Part shown: positions 24,317 to 35,221 of the stretch, one piece after another
Numbering within the stretch: the first letter of the stretch is position 1
How the letters are laid out: every line of letters starts with the position of its first letter
NCBI GenBank assembly: GCA_030295235.1
Contig: AP026136.1
Span: 496,001-560,000, forward strand
Direction of reading: 5' to 3'
Source: Fistulifera solaris
Lineage: Eukaryota
Length of the DNA: 64,000 nucleotides
Notes under the pieces: model-generated
The model's database searches: none
Told to the model about the DNA's origin: nothing
Seen by the model: only the letters and a program-made list of their open reading frames with translations
Translations under genes and position numbers: made by a program

Positions 24317-25609
24317 TTATTCCACCATGACCTGAAACAATGCCGGTTGAAACCATTCTTGTCCCGAGATCAAGTCCACGACCACACAACCATCGACGGT
24401 CAGTAATCCGGTATCCCGCGCCAACAAACGACCCGTTACCACCGTAGAACCACCCCGGGGGCGAGTTCTCCCAGCGACTGAAAATGACGACCACAGGCTA
24501 ACGAACTGCGCAATTGCCACTGGACAGACAGGGATTGTTCGGCGTGATTGACGACGAGGAATTGCACTTTTGTGGGACGTTGAGAATGAGTTTGGGGGGA
24601 GGATCAATAGGTTCGACAGTTACCGGGAATCGATGCAATAGTTCTTGACGGTCCGGTCTGGAAGATATAGTCGCTGCGGCAGCCGCCAAGTCCACGGAAA
24701 GTCCGGAGCGATTCACCATTGATGTATCGACTGGAGGGCAAATCGCCGGGGAAGACGAACATTCGCCGGTTTCTCCCATGGCTTTTCTCCACCGAAATAC
24801 CGCCTTGCCAATGACATCATCCGCGGATATTCCCCGAAGAATGGCTTCGGGCGTTACCGCTTCGACACGAAATAAATACCGAAGGCACGATCCTTTGTTC
24901 AGTATGGTACACTGATCGAACAAGGAAAGTGCTGTTATGCTCTCATTTCTGCGGGAGGGGTGTATTCTCAAGGCCTCCAAACCATCCGAGGGCACAAAGG
25001 ATGCTTCACTAATGACCAAAGGTGTTTCGCTCGCCGTCTTGTTTTCCGACGACGACGACAAATTGTACTCGACATCAATCGTCACGAAACAGCAACTATC
25101 GCCACAGCGAAATATAGATTGCCGTATTTCGAGAGGAGCTATTACCTGGAATCGGTAAAATTTCCGGAACGTTTTGGATCCACCATCGGCGGTCATGTAA
25201 GCTACTTCAACTCGCAGAATATGCTGACCTTGTTCCTCAATCAAATGCGACACAATGGCATCTTTGCCCGAAAGCGGCTCAATGTCGATGCCCCCGTAAC
25301 ACTTTCTAACCGCGAAGGCAGCTGCCATCGTTGACTGGGCGTTTGTAATTGTGCCGAAACCCGCAAGCGACGAATCGGCCAATTGGAAGACGTATTGAGA
25401 ATACCCAAATACGCCGTAAAGCACTCTCCGACATAGACGGCCAGAGAATCTGGCAAGCAGAGTGATCTCTCGAGTACTGAATATCCTTCTTCTAAAGTCC
25501 CGGCGACTGACTGGTGTAATTCCGGCGACTGCAGCCTCATCACACGAAGGGTCGGTACGGCGGTGGTCTCCTGGTCGAGAGTAGATGATGAAGTAATGAC
25601 CTCGGTCAT
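24317..25609 (-). CDS. TRAPPC13: Trafficking protein particle complex subunit 13 (DUF974)
   Basis: LRVMRLQSP, LCLPDSLAVYVGECFTAY, VSAQLQTPSQR, EEQGQHILRVEVAY, TFRKFYRFQVIAPL, FRWRKAMGE. Frameshifts near 25295 and 24400-24600. Confidence 0.85.
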
Positions 25610-26694
25610 ATTATTCGCTTTGAGTAATTAGTGCAATAATGTAGACTCTGTATCGTTAACTCTATTTTGATTTTTGGTGAAAAGAAATAATAGGATAAAG
25701 GAATAAATTGTAAGTATTGCAGATCATCCAGCTTGTCACTGCAAAGCAATACAAGTACCTGGTACCTGGTACTGGTATCGTTGTGTTCGATGTTCGCGAT
25801 GTTTGATCTTCCCCCTCCCACTCCCACTACCAGTTACCTGATACCGGTACCGGTACCGCTGTGCCCTTTTTTTTTACGTTTTGGTTTACAAATTTTTCGT
25901 AACCCCTTGCATTTCCGTTGGAAAACAGATCCGCGACCCGTTGTCCGTTATCTGTCCGGTGTCCGAAGGCCAGATGGACTATGACGCACTGGCACAAAAA
26001 GAACTCTACCAGCTACGGTTAAAGAAAACCGCAGACCAACGCTTGACAGCCGTGCGGGGCGATTTGGAGGCGTTAGTTAACCGTTACTCGTTTTCCTCGC
26101 TCACTTCTTATTGCAGAGTCCAAGGAGCGGATGGCTTTGCCAGGATCGGCCTTACTTGCGCGCTGCGATGTTGGTACCTTATAGAAGTAATTCGTCTACC
26201 AATGCTATTTAGAAAGAGCATGCGGCAAGTTCCCTAAGTATTCTTATGGCGGCGAGGAGGGTCGAGCTGTTACTTAGGTGGTCCGTCGGTACACAGATAG
26301 CGGTTGATGGAAAATCACAACTTTGCTCTCTCGTGGGCGAGAAGGGAAAAGGAGCGAGCACTTGGCCACCATTGTTATCTTTGGGATTTCGTCACAAGAT
26401 TATTTTATTTTCTCTTTTGTGAGTGAGGTAAGAACAACAACAAGTTTGAAGCAAAGCTAAAAGATTCCAATGAAGTCAATTCATTGGATCGTTTCATTGA
26501 GGATATCTTTCCTATAGTTTTCGCGGCGATGGTTCGACTGTCAGCGATACACCGCTTTGTCTTGCAAAGAGTTACGATATTTCTAGATATATATACATAC
26601 TTCGACGTCACTTGTTGGACCCTTCTTCACGTCTGTGCTGATTCTAACCTTTCTTTTTTTTCTTTCTTATTCATCTCGCAGGTCAAATTAGAAT

Positions 26695-28560
26695 ATGATC
26701 TCCGATATTGCCAAGCCCTCCAGGGCGAAAAAGGTCTCGTCCCTACGAAAATGGGGACCGGCGATGCTCGCCATTGGTTTGGTGATTGCTCTTAACACGG
26801 TCTTGTTCAGCGGTGGAGTCCCGGAGCTTTCGGAGCGTGCTCAACGCAAACTTGCTCTCTCCCAAGAACGAACTGCCGCGGTCGAGAGTATGGAAGCTAC
26901 CTCGTTCGATGTCCGCAGTGGATTTGGATCTCGAAATCTAAGTGAGGAGGAAGGAGGTGTTATGGAGTACACTCGTCGTCGTCATCGCTATCTTGGCGAT
27001 TACGTCCACATTGACAAATCTGGATTTTTCTCGAGCTTTGGAAAATGGTCGACGTCTCTTATCTACTTTGCGTTTTGGGTCTTTCTTATGTTCCCCAACT
27101 GGTTCCTTCCCATCGGACGACCTGGTATCGCCTTAGGCGGAGGTCTCATGATGGTTGTTTGGCGATACATCCTTCTCAGAATTGGACATGGACCGGCTTT
27201 CGATGCAGAACGTGTCATCATTATGGAGCCCCTCTTTCTCCTTTTCGGACTTATGCTTACCACTATCTACATTGAAAAGATGGAGCGTGGAGGACTTTTC
27301 GATAAGTTACGCGACTCACTGGACGATCCTGTGAATTGGAAGCGTTCAGCAAAGATCATGGCTATGTCAACGATTGGTTCGGCCGCCGTCATGAACGACT
27401 CCGTTGTCCTTATCTTTTCTGGTGTTGTTGTGGATTTGTGCGTGCGCCACAAGGTCGCCAACTCGCTTCCGTACCTCTTGTCCTTGGCAACGACCGCCAA
27501 CATCGGCTCCGCTTTGACTCTCACTGGTAACCCGCAGAACATCTTGATCGTTTCCCTTGCCTACGATGACATTGGATGGATCGAGTTTGCTAGCAACATG
27601 GCTATCCCTGTGCTGGCTGCTTCTCTCATCAACGCCTTTATGATGTTCGTGTACTACGGATCCGAGTTGTTCCCCGGTTCATCTGGTTTCTTCGAGAACT
27701 TCGGCATCATGTTTTTCGGAAATCGCACTCCCGAAATGCTCGCCCAGGAGCACGCCTTTTACGCTCGTCAGGCCGCGGCACAAGAAGAGAAAGTTGGAGA
27801 ATCGAGCAGCTGGACGGTTTGGTCTCGGATTCAGCTCATCATCGTCATCGTCTTCTTGTTCTTCTTCGCTGCTGGATACGATGTCTGCGTCGTCTCGATT
27901 ACCGCCGGAGCCGTTCTGATGGTAATTTCGGCATACAAGAGACAGCACTACGATCCCAGACCCATCAATGCTCAATACGATGAAGACGGAAACCCTCTTC
28001 CTCCTAAGAAGACCTACGATATGGATGGAAATGAAATCGAGCCCGAAGAAGAGGAGCTCGTCACTGAGTCAGAAACAACCCTTACGGAAGTCGATTACGG
28101 TCTTCTCATGCTTTTCATCGGGCAGTTCCTTCTTATCGGCTCGTTCGATGATACCGGTGTTCCCCAAGCATTCTTTAACTTCACCATGGGAGGATGTGCG
28201 GCCCAAATGGCGGAAGGCCTATGTGTATACTGGTTTGTCATGATCGTCACAGTACTGTCCAATATCGCCTCCAACGTCCCAGTCTGCCAGATGCTTGCTG
28301 CTACCTTCCCATACGCGACTCCTTACGAATGGATGCAAGTTTCATTCTCGGCCACCATTGCTGGTAACTTGACCATGCTTGGATCAGCCGCCAATATGAT
28401 TGTTGCATTCCAAGCTGCCAAGGTTGGCGATCGCACATTCACCTCCGAACGTCATGCTCCATTCGGCATCCCCAGTACGCTCCTTTGCCTGTACGCCGGA
28501 ACCTTTTGTTGGCCACATTCCACACTGCCAAGGAGTGCTCTGAACGACTAAATCAATGCT
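26695..28560 (+). CDS. Lsi2-like (ArsB/CitMHS, IT superfamily) transporter, putative silicon efflux transporter
   Basis: Multi-TM ORF with motifs paralleling plant Lsi2: LPIGRPGIALGGGLMMV, PLFLLFGLM, SAAVMNDSV, LLSLATTANIGSALTLTGNPQNILI, VDYGLLMLFIG, LSNIASNVP, TIAGNLTMLGSAANMIV. Probable 5'-UTR intron acceptor at about 26681; probable frameshift near the 3' end. Confidence 0.88.
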
Positions 28561-29461
28561 AATCTGTGACCACGTTCTTCGGTTAAAGTCGATATATATA
28601 TAATATTTACTGTTTACAACAAGTTTTGATTTCTTTTAGATGGACAAAGAAAGAGGCTTGTTTGACTTCCTGATCATCTGCTTAGGCTAAGGTGGCTCGA
28701 TACTTTGTAGTCTCTTGACTCTTTATAGAAATACGGAGTAAGTGGCATCAGTCCCGAATTCGACGATAAAATTGATGATGTCGTAGTCGACATTTCGGAT
28801 TTTTATTTGAATGATACGTTGTATACCGGTGCAAATGTCAATACCGTTTTACAGCGATCGCTGAACGTGGAATTTCGCAATGACCGTGGTTGTAGGTCGT
28901 GTTTCTCTTTTCTTGGTATTCGCATACGTAGTACATTCAATTTTATACTCGTATCCCTATCATGTGTCACACATAAAGAGAGTCTTAGTTTAGTTTAGAG
29001 CTGAGGAATTTTCGCAGGGCTGACATGCGTGATTTTGTCAACAATTTAGGGATTTCGCTACTATCTACATCTAAGTATCGTTAGCAAATTTATCGAACGG
29101 TGTTCTAATTTAACGGCACCACGATAATTGTCTATGTAAAAATGGTGATCGGCGCTCGCCACCTTTTCCCTTTGCTCGAGTTGGAAACGAACGGAACGAA
29201 AACCAAGGGTTTTCTCTGGCTCTCACAGTCCCTTCCGAGTCATCGTGTCTTGTCCATGGTGACGGTCTATTTCCACGTTTTATTCATCGTTTTTCGCGTT
29301 TAGTTTCGTAAATCGAGTAAAGGCAGAAGTCGGTTGAGAGTGTCTTGTAACGTCGAGAGGGTGCGAGTCGATCTATCTTCATTGCTTTTTGAAAGTTTGA
29401 AGGTATCCCTACAAATCTCCAATTTCAACCATCGGTGTTTCTCCTAAAAACTCAGGTCATA

Positions 29462-31359
29462 ATGAATATCAACATGAGATCACGAATGACGCGTATTCTC
29501 CGTGGCAAGTCTCGTTTCCGCAAACCCGATCCTGAAGATGATCTTACCGTCGAAACAGACATGCTTGAAGCTGAAGTCTCGTCTACCAGCTCCGGAACAG
29601 GGAGCCAGTTTGACGATGATGCCACCGCTTACGGCTCATCCGGAGATCCGTATGCGGATGTCCGTGATCGTATGGAAACTCTAGCCGCTCGTGATAAGGC
29701 TCAATTCGCCCTGCGCTCGAGCGACAGTGAGCATTTGCACACCGAACCACAAATTCCTCTCTTTATTGCGTATACGGTTTACATGTCTTATGCTGTTCTG
29801 ATCATTATTGGTCATATACGGGATTTTCTGGCGTTGGTGTTCAAGAACGGTCGCTACATTCGCAAGGAAACGGGATTTCCGAGTGATGATCGTGATTCTT
29901 TCGCACCTCTGTTGAAAAGCTGGGAGCATTTTTACACAAGGCGCTTGTACACGCGTGTGCAAGATTGCTTCAACCGGCCCATTGCCTCCAATCCTGGAGC
30001 TCACATTGATGTCGTCGAGCGTTGCAGTTACGATCAACAGAAATCGATGAAGGTTTTGGGATCGCTTGATAACTTAGACAACGATGCGCAGCGTCAGGAG
30101 TACAGACAAGGAGAATACTTTGTAGAATCGGAGAACGGATCTGCCGTCCGCAGATGCGTGAACTTAGGCAGTTACAACTACCTTGGATTTGCTGATGATT
30201 GGCAGGTCAGTTGCGCGAAAGAGGTAAAGGCGTCTCTCGATGATCTCGCCGTCTCTACTTCTTCTTGTCGCAACGAATACGGAACCAGCAGCATCCACCG
30301 ACAGGTAGAGAAGACTGTTGCCAGATTTCTTGGCAAAGAAGATGCGCTCGTTTTGAACATGGGATTCAATACCAACGCAACCACTATCCCTGCTTTAGTA
30401 GGACGGGGCGACTTGATCATTAGTGACGAGCTGAATCACACTAGTATTGTCAATGGGGCTCGTGCTTCCGGTGCCGCTATTCGTATCTTCCGACACAACG
30501 ATACCAGCAACCTAGAAGTGATCTTACGCGATGCTATCATCAAGGGCCGCCCGCGAACACGTCGACCTTGGAACAAAATTTTAGTTGTTGTGGAAGGTAT
30601 CTACTCAATGGAGGGAGAGTATTGCGACCTGCGAAATGTTGTTCGGGTATGCAAAAGTATGGTGCTTATGTCTATCTCGATGAAGCTCATTCAATCGGTG
30701 CCATGGGGCCCACCGGTAGAGGTTGCGCTGAGTACACTGGTGTTGACACGGCAGATATTGATATCATGATGGGCACCTTTACTAAGAGCTTCGGTGGTAT
30801 GGGCGGATACATTGCAGCTTCAAAAGAGACGATTGCTTTCCTTCGTCAGCGATGTGCTGGAAGCGTGTACCACAACTCGCTGAGTCCGGTTGTCTGTCAG
30901 CAAGTGCTGACTTCGTTCAAGGTAAGTGATCGATAAATTTTACTTTGAACTTGCTACTGGAAATACCCTTGTCTAACCGCCGATTATCTTCAGGTCATCA
31001 TGGGTGAAGACGGAACAACCATCGGAAAGCAAAAGCTTCAGGCTTTGCGAGATAACTCAAATTACTGCCGTATGCGTCTCCAAGAAATGGGTTTGCAAGT
31101 GCTCGGCCATTACGATTCGCCCATCATGCCGGTCATGCTGTACAACCCATGCAAGATCTCTGCCTTTTCCAGAGAATGCTTGAAGCGTGGAGTGGCAGTT
31201 GTAGTGGTTGGATTCCCAGCGGTGCCGATCCTGATGTCAAGGGCGCGTTTCTGTATCTCTGCAGGCCACACCCGTGAAGATCTTGACAGAGCACTCAAGG
31301 AAATTGACGAGATCGCGGATATCTGCAATTTAAGATATGCTCGATCTATGTTCGGCTAA
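29462..31359 (+). CDS. LCB2: Serine palmitoyltransferase subunit 2 (LCB2)
   Basis: FYTRRLY..VQDCFNRPI, NLGSYNYLGFA, MGFNTNA, SDELNHTSIVNG, VEGIYSMEG, DEAHSIGA and PLP-lysine motif GTFTKSFG. Intron 30922-30993; one frameshift at about 30655. Confidence 0.95.
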
Positions 31360-31872
31360 TCTACACAGTCGATATTTAACTGCTTCTGCAACCGAGAAAC
31401 AGTTGTTGAGAAGGGTGACAGGCTATTTGTTAATTGTGAAACTGTGATCTAAATAGAAGTATTCATACGCCATCGCCGCGCGGATCTTGCACGAATGAAC
31501 CCGCTTGAAGCATCGGCACTTGGTACATAACACACAACGAGGTTTAAATCGCTCTATATGACAAATTTTTACCCTGTAGTCAAACTCTTCGTCTTATCGT
31601 TGCATCCGGTTTTGGAACGGAGGTCGGTCTCTCTATAGTTCTCATCGATAACTTGTCGATCTGCCGATGGCAAGACGAAGCTGCATCATCCTCCAAAAGA
31701 ATTCGGACTGTAGCTCTTGGTGTACAGATCTTTCCATGACCTCAACCAAAATTTGGATCGAAGAATTTTGAGCCAGCGAGCTATTGACAACTATTGTTCC
31801 GTGTAAGACCTCTACTGATCAGAACGCCAAAGAGAGTGGCTTCTTGTTCCTAACGCACTAATTAAAGAGAAA

Positions 31873-32750
31873 ATGATTCATCCACGCGATAAAATGGAGC
31901 CGGAAATGGGAGAAACGACTACCGTGAAAGAAAAAAAAGCGGACAATAGTGCGGATGAGTTGGGTTCTACGACTACGAGCGATTCCTCGAGCTTCTCGGG
32001 TGAGGAGAATTTTTTCGAGGCATTGGGGTCCGACTTTCGACTCCTTGCTGCCTCCTTTCGTGAGACGGCGGGAGGAGTAGCCAGTTTTGTGCAGCGTTCC
32101 GCTATGACAGTTGCGGCGGAACTGTCGCGCTTGGAAGAGAGTGAGCTGACTGGGGAATGTAAGTCTGGCGAAATTATCCCACTCAATTTGCCGTGGGTCA
32201 TCAAAGTCGACGAAGACAGCGATTATCAAGAAATTTTAGTTTTGAAAGAACGGATTATGGCATTGAGTCGAGAAGACAGCACGTTCTTTGGATCGCACGC
32301 GACAGCTGATTCACCTTCGTTTAGCCTTGACGAGCCGAGGATTCAACTGATCCGGCGTCTTTTGGAACTCGACGAAAACTTAGCGACGTCACATGCTAGA
32401 TTATCGGGTAGAGTTGACGTAAAAGAGACGGAATTTTGGAAAAATTACTTTGATCGGTGCCGACAAGAAGTAGAGGGCTACCTAAGTCAACACGACCAGA
32501 CGAATGATGTACAATATCAAGCAGAGCCCAATGCGCCGAATCAACAATTAGAAGGAAGCAACGCAGATTGCAATATTGGCACGGGCTCTCCCAATTCTCT
32601 CGTGAGAGCCGATACACCTCCGGAACCAGATGTCGATTTTGTCTTGGCCACTCCCCCCAATGAGTGGGAACTCTGTTGGCGGAAAGAGTGTAGATAGCTT
32701 TGTTATCATCGACAAGTTTTTGCAGAGGTAAAATATTAACTCCACGGCAT
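31873..32750 (+). CDS. BSD-domain protein
   Basis: LPW...LKERIMALSRED..F then LLELDENL...VKETEFWKNYF, the BSD FWxNYF signature. C-terminus probably frameshifted near 32655, so the end is approximate. Confidence 0.75.
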
Positions 32751-33058
32751 GTAATCAGCTATCAGATTGTTCCTTGTTTTCGCCGAGTCGAAATTCCAAG
32801 TGTTAAAGTTACGGAAAGTATTATAACTCCAAGCACCTTTAGCAATTTATGTAGAACCCGTCTACTAGTTACTCTTTAGGACGGCGGTGTTTGGCCAGCG
32901 TATATTGAAGTGCAAGCAGTAAAAAGGCGTTCCTATCAATGTTTGCGTCTTATTTTACTTCCCTGCTCTGTGATAATACAAATACTATAGCGCTGTTTAA
33001 CCGCGATTACTTTCGTGAACATGATCACGACAGGACCTGATAGATGAGCGACAATTTG

Positions 33059-34645
33059 CTAAGTCAGACTCATAAGCTCTCGCATCAACACTTCATCTTC
33101 CTTCTTCACGAAACGCCCTTTTACACGCAGTCTACTATTGGCGAAGTTCTTTCGAACATCGTATTTTACAGTTTTTGCCCAAACACGGTGATTGCGCTTT
33201 TGCATGAAACGCTCAATCCGTACTCGCCTACTATCCGGAGAATACGCTCCAACCCAACCTTCGGGTCGCTCGACTTGTTGCAGCCCGTCGGCATCATACG
33301 ATGTCTGAATGTTGGGGTCGCTAAAGGATCGTGGTCGTCCTGATCCTGGGACGTGTTCTACTTTTTCGGCTTCCTCGGTTTCTTTCTTCTCGCGTCCCTT
33401 CTTTTCTTTACGTTCCAGTTTGGCTTTCTCCTTCTGTTCTTTTTTTAGCCTCCTTTTCAATCCTCTTTCGTTCAGCTTCTAATAAACTGGCACCGATACC
33501 GCTAGTGGCTTCGTCTTGTTTAGGAACGACCGGTTTCTTAGGAATGAAATTGTGTCGGTCCATCCACTTTCCATATTGATTATCTTGAGACGTAGGCAGG
33601 GATGTGTTGTTGCTCGAAGTTTTTGAGTCGTTCAAAAGGGCGGAAAAAGAGAATTAGACCGTATGCGCTGCTCATACTCGGACATATTGCTTGCTTCACC
33701 GGGCGAATTAGCGACTGATGCATGTTTGGAGTCGTATTCTTGAAACTGCATAAAGTCGGACTGATCTGACATCAGGTCCCCGGCAAATTCCAAGTCTCCT
33801 ATGCCATCATAGCTAGGGGTAACCATCCCCATGTTGGATTTCCTCGGAGTGTCGTGTTGTATGCCCCCACTTTCCTCTGATAATGGAAAGGCATTGTTGG
33901 TGTCTGTAGAAAGAGTCGCGGATAGCCTCATTGACTCGATATTCGAACTCATCTCCGCACCGATGCCATCGCTCATTGTTAAGAAATCAAAGTCCAGATC
34001 TCCAAGAAGGTCGATATCATTAGGCAAGCGGTTTTGTAAGGCTCCGCTCTGAATCATTTCCTCCAACTTCGATGGATCACCAGCTTCGTAAAAATCTATA
34101 GCACTTTGAAGTTCTTCATCTCCAATGATAATAAGATCTTGCAATATACCTTTGGTATTTCTGTCAAGTAATCCCTTCCGCTCCAGATATTCGGATGCAG
34201 ATCGTAAACGGCCCGAAACACTTCCCGCTCTCGCTCGCTTTCCGAAGTGAGATATTTCGTACGAAGACGCCATACTGGGGGGAGTGTGTGATAGAGGTAG
34301 TTGAGGATTTAACATACTGCTGAGAAAAGCGGAACCGGAACTTCCCTGTGAACTCGGCAGTGATTGTGGTTGAAACACATGTGACTGCTGCGAAATTGCT
34401 TCTTGCGGAATACGAATAGGTTTTCCCTTCATTGATGCAAACGATGTGGATTCCATATGCACGGCAACATGTCGTTTATCCTCTTCGTTCCCATGTCCCC
34501 GGACTAACGCTTCGCCGCCCACTGCATCTTCCGAGTGATTTGAATCTAAAAGAAAGTCAATATGCGCCGACTGCGGACCACCTTCCACGTCAAACTCTTC
34601 TCCGCCCTCATCTTCGCTTATTCGTTTAACTTTCCTTTCACTCAT
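33059..34645 (-). CDS. CCT-domain (CONSTANS/CO-like/TOC1 motif) protein
   Basis: C-terminal RRVRIERFMQKRNHRVWAKTVKYDVRKNFANSRLRVKGRFVK is a CCT motif. Three ORFs are joined by frameshifts at about 33635 and 33450. Confidence 0.88.
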
Positions 34646-34823
34646 TGTAGCGCGATCTTTCCCTTAATACTTGGAATGTTCAGATTTGTTTGTTGAGACG
34701 CTACTTCTGTTGTTTGTGTCAGCGTGATGATGGGGCAAAATCACGAACAGCCGAATTCAGAAGATTTTCATTGCGAGTATAGCTATTTGAGTAGGTCACC
34801 ATCGTGAGGATTGTGACGAGAAG

Positions 34824-35201
34824 TCTTAAAATCCACAGGTGCCGGAGCCGTCTATGGATTGGGCTTGACAAAATTAACTTGGTGCAAACGGATTGCTGCA
34901 AACGGATTGCTTGTTAAAATTATAAGCTAGTAAATGAAGTTATCCTATTGATATCAATCTTGTTCTTGTCTTCATTGTTCTCATTTTGATTCATGTAGAA
35001 TATGCAGAAGCTGCTGGCATTGTTCTTTGTCAGTAATAGTTAGGTTCTTTCGGCAGCTGTTAGTTCTTTGAATAACGAGGGTTCGAGTTTTGGTAGATTG
35101 CTGTTCGCTTCTCGTTTTCATTATCATGTAATATGTAGTTGCACTTGTCATTCCGTTTATTGTAGTCACGTGCGGGACTGTGCGGGACTGGTTATTCAAC
35201 A
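34824..35201 (-). repeat. 3' LTR
   Basis: Element strand TGTTGAATAACC...GGATTTTAAGA. By eye it differs from the 5' LTR by one substitution and one indel. Internal duplications TGCAAACGGATTGC x2 and GTGCGGGACT x2. Confidence 0.95.
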
Positions 35202-35211
35202 CTCCCTCTCG
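35202..35211 (-). other. Polypurine tract (plus-strand primer)
   Basis: GAGAGGGAG immediately precedes the TG of the 3' LTR on the element strand. Confidence 0.85.
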
Positions 35212-35221
35212 AACTGCGATC

